Origin: Armatimonadota bacterium
GTDB lineage: Bacteria; Armatimonadota; Zipacnadia; Zipacnadales; UBA5352
Length of the DNA stretch: 19,801 nucleotides
Assembly: GCA_034722055.1 (NCBI GenBank)
Contig: JAYENL010000292.1
Span: 1-19,801 of the forward strand
Reading direction: 5' to 3'
Both the position numbers and the translations under genes were made by a program. This document shows positions 7,103-16,167 of this stretch, one piece after another. Position 1 is the first letter of the stretch. Each line of letters starts with the position of its first letter. The notes beneath the pieces were generated by a model. It did no database searches. It was not told the origin of the DNA and saw only the letters and a list, made by a program, of their open reading frames with translations.

Positions 7103-8239
7103 TCAGTAGTCGCGCAGCCTCTCGAACTCGTCCAGCCAGGCCATGAAGTTGTCGTACTTCGTGCCCCAGGCCACGGAGTTAGTGGCGCCCATCAGGAAGC
7201 CCCCGCCGGGCTTACAGGTGCGCATGGTCTCTCGCACCGCGGCCCGCACGTCGCCGGGCGTGCCATCGATGAGCCCCGCCACGTCCATTCCGCCCCAGCC
7301 GGCCATCCTGCCGCCGGAGAGCTCCTTGACTACTGCGGGAGTCACCCCGGCGCCGGGCTGGAGGGACTGCATGCAGTCGATCCCGGCATCGGCGAGCTGG
7401 TCGATGATGGGTCGGAAGTCGCCGCAGGAGTGCTGGACGAAGTCCAGGCCGGCGGCATGCGCTGTCTCCACGTTGAAGCGAACCGCCGGGGCGAAGAGCC
7501 GCCGGAAGGTCTGTGGCGAGACGAAGGTGCCCGTGGAGTGCCCGAAGTCGGCGCCGACGATCACCCCGTGTGCCGCCCGCGGGCAGCCCCGCTGCTGCTG
7601 CTTGCGCGCCCGGGCGATGCTCGACCGCACGGCGCGCTCCACGACCTCCGGCCGCAGCGCGATCTCCAGCAACCCGCGCTCGTAGCCTCCCAGCAGGACC
7701 TGCTCGGCGGCGGTGGGGAAGGGGCCCAGGATGTACTTGCCGTCCGGCAGGGTCTTCAGGACCGCATCGTAGACCTCGTAGATGCTCTCGTCGGGCGGCG
7801 GCAGCTCCGGGTCGAGGGGGAAGTCGTCGAGGCTGTACCGGCGTGGCGGGGTGGGATCGCGCACGATCACGATCTCGTTGGTGACGTCCGAGTAGCGGTA
7901 GACGCGGCCGGCACTGTCCTCCCAGGTCCCGTCGCCGGTCTTCCTGGGCTGCTGGGGGTGGTACCCCTTCGGCGGCACCCGCGCCATCTTCCACAGCGGG
8001 ATGACGTCCCACACGTCCAGCGCCCGGTAAAAGTCGGTCAGGTCCTGGGCGAGCGACTCCACGACCTCGTCGCGACGACCCTCCCACCAGGCGATCTGCA
8101 GCCCGGCCTTGTCGCGCACGAGCGTCCTGCGGCCGATGATGCGGCCGATGGTGTCGCAGTCAATGGCGTAGTGCGCCAGGGGCGCGCGGTCGGGCTCGTC
8201 GAAGGCCAGTGCGGCCCTGACACGCTCGATGGAGGTCAT
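7103..8239 (-). CDS. Uroporphyrinogen decarboxylase / MtaA-CmuA-like family protein (paralog 2)
   Basis: ATG at 8239 with GAGGTG RBS. MTSIERVRAAL...EPDRAP, DFG, SPQTFRRLFAP, HSCG, WGGMD, GGGFLMGATNSV. No HemE RQAGRY signature. Confidence 0.85.
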   Translation of the reverse strand: MTSIERVRAALAFDEPDRAPLAHYAIDCDTIGRIIGRRTLVRDKAGLQIAWWEGRRDEVVESLAQDLTDFYRALDVWDVIPLWKMARVPPKGYHPQQPRKTGDGTWEDSAGRVYRYSDVTNEIVIVRDPTPPRRYSLDDFPLDPELPPPDESIYEVYDAVLKTLPDGKYILGPFPTAAEQVLLGGYERGLLEIALRPEVVERAVRSSIARARKQQQRGCPRAAHGVIVGADFGHSTGTFVSPQTFRRLFAPAVRFNVETAHAAGLDFVQHSCGDFRPIIDQLADAGIDCMQSLQPGAGVTPAVVKELSGGRMAGWGGMDVAGLIDGTPGDVRAAVRETMRTCKPGGGFLMGATNSVAWGTKYDNFMAWLDEFERLRDY

Positions 8240-8255
8240 CGCCGGCACCTCGGCA

Positions 8256-9395
8256 TCAGTAGTCGCGTGTCCTCTGGAACTCATCGAGCATGGCCATGAA
8301 GTTATCGTACTTGGTGCCCCAGGCGATGGAGTGGCTTGACCCGAGCAGGAAGCCGCCGCCGCGCTTGGCGGTTTCCATGGCCTGGTGCACCTCGCGGCGC
8401 ACGTCCTCCATGGTGCCGGCGACGAGCTTCGCCACGTCGATCCCGCCCCAGGCGGCCATCCGTCCGTCGGAGCGCTCCTTCACCATCTCCGGCGTCATCC
8501 CCGCCTGCGGCTGGAGGGACTGCAGGCAGTCGATGTCGGCCTCCACGAGCTGGTCGAAGATCGGCTGGTTGTTGCCGCACGAGTGCTGGATGAAGTCGAA
8601 GCCAGCCTCATGAACGGCCTGGGCGTTGAACTTGATGTTCGGGAGGAACAGGCGCCGGAAGGCGTCAGGGGAGACGAACGTCGCGGTGGTGTGCCCGAAG
8701 TCGTTCTCGTTCATCACGCCATCAAACTCCCGGCGCCTCCACAGTTGCTGCTGCTTGCGCGCGAGGGCCCGACCGGACGCGGCCGCTCGCTCCACCACCT
8801 CCGGGTTCCTGGCCACCTCCACCAGGCCCCGCTCGTATCCGCCCAGGAGGATCTGCTCGCGGGCCATGGGGAAATGGCCGATGACGTAGCGGTCCGGAGG
8901 CAGACGATCCACGACCGCGTCCCAGACCTCGTAGATGCTCTCATCCTCCGGCTCGACCTCCGGATCGAGCGGGAAGTCCTCCAGGCGGTACTCGTGCTCC
9001 CAGAGCGTGGGGTCCTTGACCACGACGATCTCGTTGGTGACCTCCGAGTACTTGTAGACCCGCCCGCGCTCGTCTTCCCACACCCCGTCGTCGATCTTCT
9101 TGGGAGCGGGCGGGTGGTACCCCCTGGGCGGGATGATGGCAATCTTGCGCAGGTGGATGACGTCGTAGAGGTCGAGCTTCTGGAAGAGCTCGGGGATGTC
9201 GCGCTTGAGGGACTCGGCTATCTCGTCCCGGCGGCCCTCCCAGTAGGCGAGGCGCTGGCCGGCCTTATCGCGGATGAACGTCTTGCGCCCCAATACCCTG
9301 GACACCGTGTCGCAGTCGATGGCGTAGCAGGCCAGCGGGACCTTATCGGGCTCTTCAAGCCGGAGTGCGACCTTCACTCGCTCGCGGGATGTCAT
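8256..9395 (-). CDS. Uroporphyrinogen decarboxylase / MtaA-CmuA-like family protein (paralog 1)
   Basis: MTSRERVKVAL...EPDKVP, NDFG, SPDAFRRLFLP, HSCG, WGGID, GGGFLLGSSHSI. AAGGGAG RBS. Colinear with the neighbouring paralog. Confidence 0.87.
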   Translation of the reverse strand: MTSRERVKVALRLEEPDKVPLACYAIDCDTVSRVLGRKTFIRDKAGQRLAYWEGRRDEIAESLKRDIPELFQKLDLYDVIHLRKIAIIPPRGYHPPAPKKIDDGVWEDERGRVYKYSEVTNEIVVVKDPTLWEHEYRLEDFPLDPEVEPEDESIYEVWDAVVDRLPPDRYVIGHFPMAREQILLGGYERGLVEVARNPEVVERAAASGRALARKQQQLWRRREFDGVMNENDFGHTTATFVSPDAFRRLFLPNIKFNAQAVHEAGFDFIQHSCGNNQPIFDQLVEADIDCLQSLQPQAGMTPEMVKERSDGRMAAWGGIDVAKLVAGTMEDVRREVHQAMETAKRGGGFLLGSSHSIAWGTKYDNFMAMLDEFQRTRDY

Positions 9396-9417
9396 GGTGG
9401 TCTCCCTTCGGACCGAG

Positions 9418-9463
9418 TTAAAGGCAAGCGGCCGGGCCGGCCCTCAGTCGCCGGCCCGGCCGC
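9418..9463 (-). terminator. Terminator-like hairpin between the DUF6807 gene and the URO-D pair
   Basis: Perfect 14-bp stem GCGGCCGGGCCGGC (9428-9441)/GCCGGCCCGGCCGC (9450-9463); on the minus strand it is followed by TTGCCTTTAA. Confidence 0.6.
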
Positions 9464-9477
9464 GATGGTCACTGCAC

Positions 9478-10665
9478 TTACTCCTCCACCTCCGTGACGT
9501 CGGGCGGGTAGGCGAAGTCCAGGTAGCGCTGCCCCACCTTCGCCTCCTCCACGTCGCCAGCGTGCACGTAGACGCGGTAGAGGAAGTTCAGCGAAGCGCC
9601 CAGCGGCATGGTGTAGTCGCCGCGCTTGGACTCGTCGCCGGTGAAGTAGGAGTAGCCCCAGCAGTTGGCGGTGAACAGGCCATAGCTGCGCACGTGCCAC
9701 GCCGTGGGGTGGCGGAGGTTGTAGGGGGAGTCGAAGATCGCCAGGCCCACCTTCTGGCCGTTGATCTCCCCGGAGTAATCCACCCACGGTGAGGGCTTGC
9801 CCCAGTTCTCGGCCTCCGTGAGCGCCCCGTAGGCGTTGGTGATGGTGCCGGAGCCGTCGCGCTCGTGCAGCGGAGTGTTCATGCGTACCGAGAGCGTCCC
9901 GGCCTCCTTGGTGTCGCCGATGTGGATGCCGCAGTCGGAGGCCACGAAGGTGATGTCCCAGTCGATGAGCCGGCCGCTGTCGGGCATGTTGTAGACCGTG
10001 ATGACGGTCCACTCCTCCATGAACTTCTCCTCGTCACTGGTCACCCAGTCGTTCATCGCCAGAATCTGCGCGTAAACGGGGCCCTCGTTGAGCACGTCCA
10101 CGCTGCGGCAGCGGGTGAAGGCATGGCCCTCCATCTCGCTCCAGTTATCGTGGCCGTTGACCTCGCCCAGCGCCACGTACATGGACCTGTGGTGGGGGTG
10201 GTCGGTGGTGGCGTACTCGGTGACCTCCACGCCGCCGGGGCCCAGGACGGGGTAGGCGTTGGGCCTCGCGAAGTCGTGGCTGAAGTTGTAGCGGGTGAAC
10301 GGCTCGCCGCCGATCAGGAAGCTGGCCGTCTTCTCATCCTCATCCAGCTCCACGGAGACGCCCTCGTACTCCGGCTCCTCGCCCTCATCTGTGGCGATGC
10401 CGTAGCGCCGCGTCTCACCGGCGGCCAGGGAGGGCACGATGAAGGCCACGCTGCAGCCGACGTCGGCCTCCTCCGCCTCCTCGTCGCACTCGCAGACGCC
10501 AAAGCACTGCGAGGGCACGGTGTCGCCGAGGTTGCCGGCGTCATCCACCTCGCGCACCACGTGATACTCATGCTCCTGTTTGCAGACCATGGGGGCGTAG
10601 ACGACCGAGTTCTCCCGGTCGTGGTTGCCCCCGCTGACGTCCATGATGACATGCTCGTCGCCCAT
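9478..10665 (-). CDS. DUF6807 / 'PmoA-family' (PF14100-like) beta-sandwich protein, cytoplasmic
   Basis: ATG at 10665 with AAGGAGGA RBS. RPNAYPVLGPGG.EVT, DHPHHRS, GDTKEAG, WGKPSPWVDYSG, PTAWHVRSYGLFTAN motifs. No signal peptide; not a true methane monooxygenase subunit. Confidence 0.8.
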   Translation of the reverse strand: MGDEHVIMDVSGGNHDRENSVVYAPMVCKQEHEYHVVREVDDAGNLGDTVPSQCFGVCECDEEAEEADVGCSVAFIVPSLAAGETRRYGIATDEGEEPEYEGVSVELDEDEKTASFLIGGEPFTRYNFSHDFARPNAYPVLGPGGVEVTEYATTDHPHHRSMYVALGEVNGHDNWSEMEGHAFTRCRSVDVLNEGPVYAQILAMNDWVTSDEEKFMEEWTVITVYNMPDSGRLIDWDITFVASDCGIHIGDTKEAGTLSVRMNTPLHERDGSGTITNAYGALTEAENWGKPSPWVDYSGEINGQKVGLAIFDSPYNLRHPTAWHVRSYGLFTANCWGYSYFTGDESKRGDYTMPLGASLNFLYRVYVHAGDVEEAKVGQRYLDFAYPPDVTEVEE

Positions 10666-10795
10666 GACAGATCCTCCTTGACGTACAGGGACAGTTCGTG
10701 ATGCCAAGGCTCCGCGCGGATGGCGCCGAGCTCTGTGTCGGCTTGCGACAGCCGTGTACAGCCTTATTCCGCGCCCGGCGGCAGTCCTCCTCCGC

Positions 10796-11728
10796 CTATC
10801 GCACGTAGCGGGCGAGGCTGATGGGCACGCCACCGACCTCCCGCTCGTGCACGTCCGCCAGCCGCATGCCGGCGTCCTCCAGTGCCCCCCGCCGGACGGA
10901 GTCGGTGATGGCGACCTCCGCCCGGGGCTGCGGGATGGACCGTCCCAGCAGCTCGGCGGCTACGGCCATGGCCCGGCGGTCGAGGCCGAAGACGTCCATC
11001 AGCGAGCCCTCGTCGTCGGCCCTCGCCGCCGCCAGGGCTGCGGGCCTGCCGCCCTGGCGGGCCACGGCGTGGTCGCCCGCGTCCCAGTCGTGGGTGAAGG
11101 AGACGAAGCGGCGGCTGCCGGTCAGGCCCAATGGCAGAAGACGGACGGCCGCCGCGGGCCGGGACAGGAGATAGTCCAGGGCGACCCAGTCGGACCGCTG
11201 CGGCTCGGAGGCGCGGATGGGCCGGTTGGGATCGGGCGTGAAGTACTCCTGCCAGAAGCCCGCAGGCTCGCGCACCATCCAGACGCCTCCGTCGGGGTCG
11301 GTGATGGACAGGCGCCACCCGCGGCGGTAGTACATGCCGATGGCCCGCTCGTTGCCAAGCTGCGTGGGCAGCATGAGCATCTGCACGCCCTCCGCGGCCA
11401 GGGTGCTGAGGCAGGTTTCGATGATCCGGGCGCCGACTCCCGCGCCGCGCACCTCGTCCTCCACGTAGAACCAGCCGAAGTGCGCCAGCTCCGGGCACGT
11501 CTCCGGGACCTGGATCCAGACCACGCCGCACCAGTCGCCGGATGCACGCCGGGCGGCGATCATGCGATCCGTCACTCCCGGCGTGTCCTCGTGGATCACG
11601 CGCCGCAGGCAGGGCAGCCAGTGCTCGTCGCCGCGCATCACCTCGGGCTTGATGTAGGGATACCAGGCGACGAAGTCCTCGGGGAACGGATATGTGAGGA
11701 CGTGGCAGGTGACGTCTGCGAGCGACAT
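10796..11728 (-). CDS. GNAT family N-acetyltransferase with a second, degenerate C-terminal domain
   Basis: ATG at 11728 with GGGAGG RBS. Motif A FYVEDEVRGAGVGARII and NERAIGMYYRRGW. Confidence 0.8.
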   Translation of the reverse strand: MSLADVTCHVLTYPFPEDFVAWYPYIKPEVMRGDEHWLPCLRRVIHEDTPGVTDRMIAARRASGDWCGVVWIQVPETCPELAHFGWFYVEDEVRGAGVGARIIETCLSTLAAEGVQMLMLPTQLGNERAIGMYYRRGWRLSITDPDGGVWMVREPAGFWQEYFTPDPNRPIRASEPQRSDWVALDYLLSRPAAAVRLLPLGLTGSRRFVSFTHDWDAGDHAVARQGGRPAALAAARADDEGSLMDVFGLDRRAMAVAAELLGRSIPQPRAEVAITDSVRRGALEDAGMRLADVHEREVGGVPISLARYVR

Positions 11729-11733
11729 GGGCG

Positions 11734-12573
11734 TCACCCTCCCGGGGGGGTGAAGTCGTTCTCGGCGGGCCGGCTGTCGATGGCCCGTCGGAGGTTGCCG
11801 CCGAAGAGCTTGGCCATGCCCTCCTCGGACAAATCGAGGGTCTTGAGCTGCTGGATGTCATCGGCGATGAGCTCAACAGGGTTGTAGGGGAAGTCCAGGC
11901 CCCAGATGGGCATGTCCTCGCCGAGGATGCGGATGGCCTCCGCCACCTTCTCGATACCCAGGTACCACAGCTTCTGGAGGTCGCGGTTGAGGATGCTGGT
12001 GATGCCACCGAAGAGGTGTCCCGACTGGCCCAGCGGCAGGTTGTTGCCCATCACGGCCAGGATGTCGAGATAGAACGGCAGCCCCCCGAGGTGCTCGAAC
12101 ACCATCTTCAGCCGCGGGTAGGCCCAGGCGATCTCATCGAACTTCAGGGGGTGGTAGTGGCTGATGCGGTACCAGTGGGGGCCGGTGTGGATGTCGAGCA
12201 GCACGCCCAGCTCCTCGGCGGCGGCGTAGAAGTCCATGGCGCGCTCGTCGAGAATGTCGAAGCGATCGACGGCCGGGTGCAGCTTGCAGCCGCGAAGGCC
12301 CATCTCGAGGGCTCGCTCCAGACGCGCCACAGCGTCGGCCTCCACCGGGTTGATGCAGGCGAAGCCCAGGAGTCGGGGCTGGTCGGCGAGTGCCTCCACG
12401 AGCCACTCGTTAGGCTCGGCATAGCCGCGGTCGCGGAGCTGCCGGCGGTGGGGGGCGAAGCAAACACAGCGGGCGATGCCCACCTCATCCATCATCCGCA
12501 GCAGACTCTCAACACTGCCCTGCTCCCGAACGTCGGCAGGGAAGACGTGCGCGTGGTTGGCAAATATCTCCAT
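11734..12573 (-). CDS. Amidohydrolase family protein (amidohydro_2 type TIM barrel)
   Basis: ATG at 12573 with GAGGA RBS. NHAHVFP, GFACINP, GCKLHP, IHTG, EHLG, WGLDFPY motifs. Confidence 0.88.
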   Translation of the reverse strand: MEIFANHAHVFPADVREQGSVESLLRMMDEVGIARCVCFAPHRRQLRDRGYAEPNEWLVEALADQPRLLGFACINPVEADAVARLERALEMGLRGCKLHPAVDRFDILDERAMDFYAAAEELGVLLDIHTGPHWYRISHYHPLKFDEIAWAYPRLKMVFEHLGGLPFYLDILAVMGNNLPLGQSGHLFGGITSILNRDLQKLWYLGIEKVAEAIRILGEDMPIWGLDFPYNPVELIADDIQQLKTLDLSEEGMAKLFGGNLRRAIDSRPAENDFTPPGG

Positions 12574-12748
12574 GAAAGCATCCTCACGCCGGTGGCACGT
12601 ACCGGGCGGAGGTTCGCCGCGGGGACCGACGACACCTGCACCATCCCGCCGCACCGCCGCAGATCTGGAAGGTGCCCCGGCGCGGCGGTCGAACTCAGTA
12701 GATGATACCTGAACCTATGGACCGTCAACCGAGAAGGGGGCTCACGCC

Positions 12749-14059
12749 ATGCCCGGTGCCCAGACCCTCATGACGCTCGCCAAAGATGAGCTGACCCAGC
12801 TCGAGGAGGAGGGCTGCGATGGCTCGGTCCTCCAGGAGATGGTGCAGGCCGCGGAGGGAGCCGACGAGGCATATGTTGAGGGGGCGCTGACCGACTTCTT
12901 CGAGATGGCCCGGCGTCTGCGACCGGCGCCGACCTTCGGCTACCGGGAGCCCTCCGACCTCGAGGGCATCCGCGAGGCCCGGCCGGAGGCGGAGCGGTGG
13001 AGGGCTGATGTGGACGAGGAGTGGCTGCGCGACCGGCTGACCGGGGCGTGGCTGGGCCGCTGCATTGGCTGCATGATGGGGAAGCCGGTGGAGGGCAAGT
13101 CGCGCGAGGAGATCGAGGCCATCCTCCGCGCCGCCGACGCCTGGCCGCTGGAGGGCTACTTCCCGGTGGTCGAGGAGCCGCCGGAGGGCGTCTCCTACCG
13201 CTCGCCCGACGATCCCACGCTGGCTCCGAACGTGGACCGGGCAGTCCGCGATGATGACACCGACTACACGGTCCTGGGCCTGCTGCTGATGCAGAGGCAC
13301 GGAGCAGGGCTGACGCCGCAGCAGGTCGCCGAACAGTGGCTGGCGCGGCTGCCCTACCACCGCACCTATACCGCCGAGCGGGTGGCCATGCGCAACTTCA
13401 TCAACGACATCATGCCCCCCGAATCCGCGCGGTGGATGAACCCCTACCGGGAGTGGATCGGGGCCCAGATTCGCGCTGACGGGCTGGCCTACTGCGCGGC
13501 CGGGCGGCCGGAGTTGGCCGCGGAGCTGTGCTGGCGCGACGCCTCCATCTCGCACATCAAGAACGGCATCTACGGCGAGATGTTCTTCGGGGCGCTGATC
13601 GCCGCCGCGCTGGGGGCCGAGGACCTGGAGGCCTGCATCCAGCGGGCGCTGGGCGAGGTGCCGGAGCGCAGCCGCTTTGCCGAGGCGGTGCGGGAGTGCC
13701 TCCAGTGGTGTCACGAGGAGGACTCCTGGCAGGGCACTCGGGCGCGCATCGAGGCGAATTACGGCCATTACCACCGCGTGCACACCATCAACAACGCGCT
13801 GCTGTGCATCATGGGGCTGCTGCACGGGCAGGGCGACCTGCGGCGCTCGGTGGCCATCGCGGTGATGGGCGGCTGGGACACGGACTGCAACGGGGCCACG
13901 GTGGGCTCGGTGATGGGCGCGCTGCTGGGCTCGGACGGCGTGCCGGACGACCTGGCGGGGCCGCTGAACGACACGCTGGAGACCGCGCTGTCGGGCCTGG
14001 CGCGCCAGCAGATCAGCGATCTCATCGAGCGCACCCTGGTGGTGGCGCAGCGGATCTGA
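12749..14059 (+). CDS. ADP-ribosylglycohydrolase family protein
   Basis: GAWLGRCIGCMMGKPVE, DDDTDYT, GAQIRAD, SHIKNGIYGE, GGWDTDCNGATVGS motifs; GAAGGGGG RBS. Confidence 0.9.
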   Translation: MPGAQTLMTLAKDELTQLEEEGCDGSVLQEMVQAAEGADEAYVEGALTDFFEMARRLRPAPTFGYREPSDLEGIREARPEAERWRADVDEEWLRDRLTGAWLGRCIGCMMGKPVEGKSREEIEAILRAADAWPLEGYFPVVEEPPEGVSYRSPDDPTLAPNVDRAVRDDDTDYTVLGLLLMQRHGAGLTPQQVAEQWLARLPYHRTYTAERVAMRNFINDIMPPESARWMNPYREWIGAQIRADGLAYCAAGRPELAAELCWRDASISHIKNGIYGEMFFGALIAAALGAEDLEACIQRALGEVPERSRFAEAVRECLQWCHEEDSWQGTRARIEANYGHYHRVHTINNALLCIMGLLHGQGDLRRSVAIAVMGGWDTDCNGATVGSVMGALLGSDGVPDDLAGPLNDTLETALSGLARQQISDLIERTLVVAQRI

Positions 14060-14075
14060 GGACTCGCGCCGGTAC

Positions 14076-15206
14076 TCAGATGATCTCGGCAATGACCTGG
14101 AGCGTGCGGTCGATCTCGTCCTCGGTGTTGTAGAAATGCGGTGAGAGGCGGACCGCACCGGCCCGGCTGGCGGCGTAGATGCGCGCGTCCGCGAGGTGCT
14201 CGACGACATCGTCCGGCGATATGCCCGGAGCGCGCGCGCAGACGATGCCTGAGCGCTGCTGGGGCGCCAGGGGGCTGGCCATCTCGCAGCCGAGCCGCTG
14301 CAGGCCGTCGATCAGGCGCTCGGTGAGCATCAACACGCGGCGCTCGACCTCCAGGCCGACCTCAAGCAGCAGGCCCACGGAACAGTCCAGCGCGACGATC
14401 CCGAGCATCGTCGCAGATCCCTCCTCGAAGCGCCGGGCGTCGTCGCGCGCGGGCTGGGAGTACTCCAGGAAACAGTAGGGCTCCGGGACGCTCGCCCACC
14501 CGCGCCAGAACGGCTCCAGGTCGCCGATGACGCGCGAGGAGACGTAGAGGACGCCACAGCCCTCGACGCTCAGCAGCCACTTGTGCCCGTCGGCGGCCAG
14601 GAAGTCTATGCCGAGATCGTGCACGTCGATCTGCAGCGCGCCCAGCCCCTGGATGGCGTCCACCACCAGGTATCCGCCGGAGCGGTGCGCTATGTCCGCC
14701 AGGCCGGCGAGGTCGGCGCGCTGGCCGGTGGCGAACTGCACCCAACTCACCGCGATGGCGCGGGTGCTCTGGTCGCAGGCGGCGGCGTAGTCGTCCACCG
14801 TCGGGAACCGCCCCCGCGCCGACACGAAGCGGGTCTGCACTCCGCGCCGCTGCAGGTTCAGCCACGGGTAGACGTTGGCCGGGAACTCGATGTCGGCCAC
14901 GACGACGTTGTCGCCCTCCCGCCAGAGGATGCTCTCCGCCACCAGCAGGAGCCCGGAGGTGGTATTCTTGACGATGGCCAGCTCCTGGGGCTCTGCGCCC
15001 ATGAGATTGGCGAGTCGCCGCCTGCATCGCTCCGCCACCCCACGCCAGCGCTCGAAGTTCCAGGCGCCGCGGTCGCGGCAGTCGTCGGCCATCTCCGCCA
15101 CAGCGGAGGCCGTGCGGGCGGGAATGGGGCAGACGCCGGCGTGATTGAGGTAGGTCAGCTCGTCGCGGACGGGGAACTCGTCGGCCCACCAGTGGCTGTC
15201 ACTCAT
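14076..15206 (-). CDS. Class-V PLP-dependent aminotransferase fold enzyme (C-S lyase / cysteine desulfurase-like, no catalytic Cys loop)
   Basis: ATG at 15206 with AGGAGGAG RBS. YLNHAG, EFPANVYPW, VDAIQGLG, DGHKWLL (PLP Lys), RFEEGS, RLSPHFYNTEDEID. Confidence 0.88.
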   Translation of the reverse strand: MSDSHWWADEFPVRDELTYLNHAGVCPIPARTASAVAEMADDCRDRGAWNFERWRGVAERCRRRLANLMGAEPQELAIVKNTTSGLLLVAESILWREGDNVVVADIEFPANVYPWLNLQRRGVQTRFVSARGRFPTVDDYAAACDQSTRAIAVSWVQFATGQRADLAGLADIAHRSGGYLVVDAIQGLGALQIDVHDLGIDFLAADGHKWLLSVEGCGVLYVSSRVIGDLEPFWRGWASVPEPYCFLEYSQPARDDARRFEEGSATMLGIVALDCSVGLLLEVGLEVERRVLMLTERLIDGLQRLGCEMASPLAPQQRSGIVCARAPGISPDDVVEHLADARIYAASRAGAVRLSPHFYNTEDEIDRTLQVIAEII

Positions 15207-16167
15207 CGACGTCTCCTCCTGCGGCGCCCGGCACCGCGGCCTCTTCCTCCGCACCGCTGGGCTCGCGGCCGGGCAGGATGATCATGGTGGCGCCAGCCAT
15301 CACCAGCAGCATTCCCTGGATGGCGTTCATGGTGATGGGCTGGTGCAGAATCAGGTAATCGCCAATCACCGCTGACGGCAGCGCCACCAGGGCGAGCATG
15401 CGCACCGCCCACATGGGCGCGCGCTTCATGGCGTAGTAGTAGAGGAAGAGGTTGGTGGCGATGGCGGTGGCACCGAGGATCACCAGACCGATGAGCCGCG
15501 GGCTGTGCAGCACGGCCACGGCCCCGTCGAGGCCCACCAGCGTGGGCACCGCGATGGAGAACACGATGGTCTGCACGGTGGCGCTGGCGAGGATGACCAT
15601 CTCGTTGGGGACGCGGCTGAACTGCAGCTTGATGATGACCGCGTTGACGGCGATGAACAGGGCGGCGCCGAGCAGGGCGGCCACGCCAACGGGGTCGAAG
15701 CTCAGCTCCGCGGAGCCGATGCCGATGGTGCGCAGGGCCCCGGCCACCAGCAGCGCCGAGCCGAACCAGCCGATGGCGCTGACGCGCTGCCTGACGATGA
15801 TGTAGGAGAGGATGAAGACGAAGCCGGCCTCAACGCGGCTGACGATGGCGGCGGTGGTGGCGCCGCACAGGTCCACGCCCACGTTGCGCAGGTAGAAGAT
15901 GGTGGCGGCGATCAGCGCGAAGAACCCCAGCCACCGATAGGGCTTGTCGGGCGGGAAGAGGTTGTCGCGGTTGCGGATGAGGTAGAGCGGCCAGATGATG
16001 GCGGCCACGCCGATCATGTTCAGCCAGTTGACGTCCGCCGGTCCCAGGTGCGGGGAGTTGAGCTCCAGCTTGAAGACCACCCACGACAGTCCCATGAGGA
16101 CGCCCGACAGCAGAGCCGCGGCGTAGCCGAAGAGGCGTATCCACCTGGGCTGGCGATCGATCCGCAT
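15199..16167 (-). CDS. DMT/EamA family transporter (paralog 2)
   Basis: ATG at 16167 overlaps the upstream stop (TGATG). About 10 hydrophobic segments; ATTAAIVSRVEAGFVFILSY; YYAMKRAPMWAVRML. Confidence 0.85.
   Translation of the reverse strand: MRIDRQPRWIRLFGYAAALLSGVLMGLSWVVFKLELNSPHLGPADVNWLNMIGVAAIIWPLYLIRNRDNLFPPDKPYRWLGFFALIAATIFYLRNVGVDLCGATTAAIVSRVEAGFVFILSYIIVRQRVSAIGWFGSALLVAGALRTIGIGSAELSFDPVGVAALLGAALFIAVNAVIIKLQFSRVPNEMVILASATVQTIVFSIAVPTLVGLDGAVAVLHSPRLIGLVILGATAIATNLFLYYYAMKRAPMWAVRMLALVALPSAVIGDYLILHQPITMNAIQGMLLVMAGATMIILPGREPSGAEEEAAVPGAAGGDVDE

Noticed and set aside
7103..9395. Assignment as hemE
   Set aside because: The HemE RQAGRY signature is absent and no tetrapyrrole genes are adjacent.
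9478..10665. Methane monooxygenase subunit (from the family name 'PmoA')
   Set aside because: Soluble acidic protein with no TM helices and no pmoB/pmoC neighbours; the family name is a misnomer.
10666..10795. Riboswitch in the GNAT / DUF6807 gap
   Set aside because: Only short stems (CGGCT/AGCCG) and no recognisable aptamer consensus.
11744..11750. G7 homopolymer as a phase-variation tract
   Set aside because: Short, unremarkable at this GC content, and within the last codons of the gene.
12702..12728. Minus-strand promoter TTGACG...TATCAT for the amidohydrolase operon
   Set aside because: The spacer is only 15 bp; plausible but too weak to list as a feature.
14076..15206. Assignment as sufS/iscS
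   Set aside because: The catalytic Cys loop motifs are absent and no Fe-S assembly genes are nearby.
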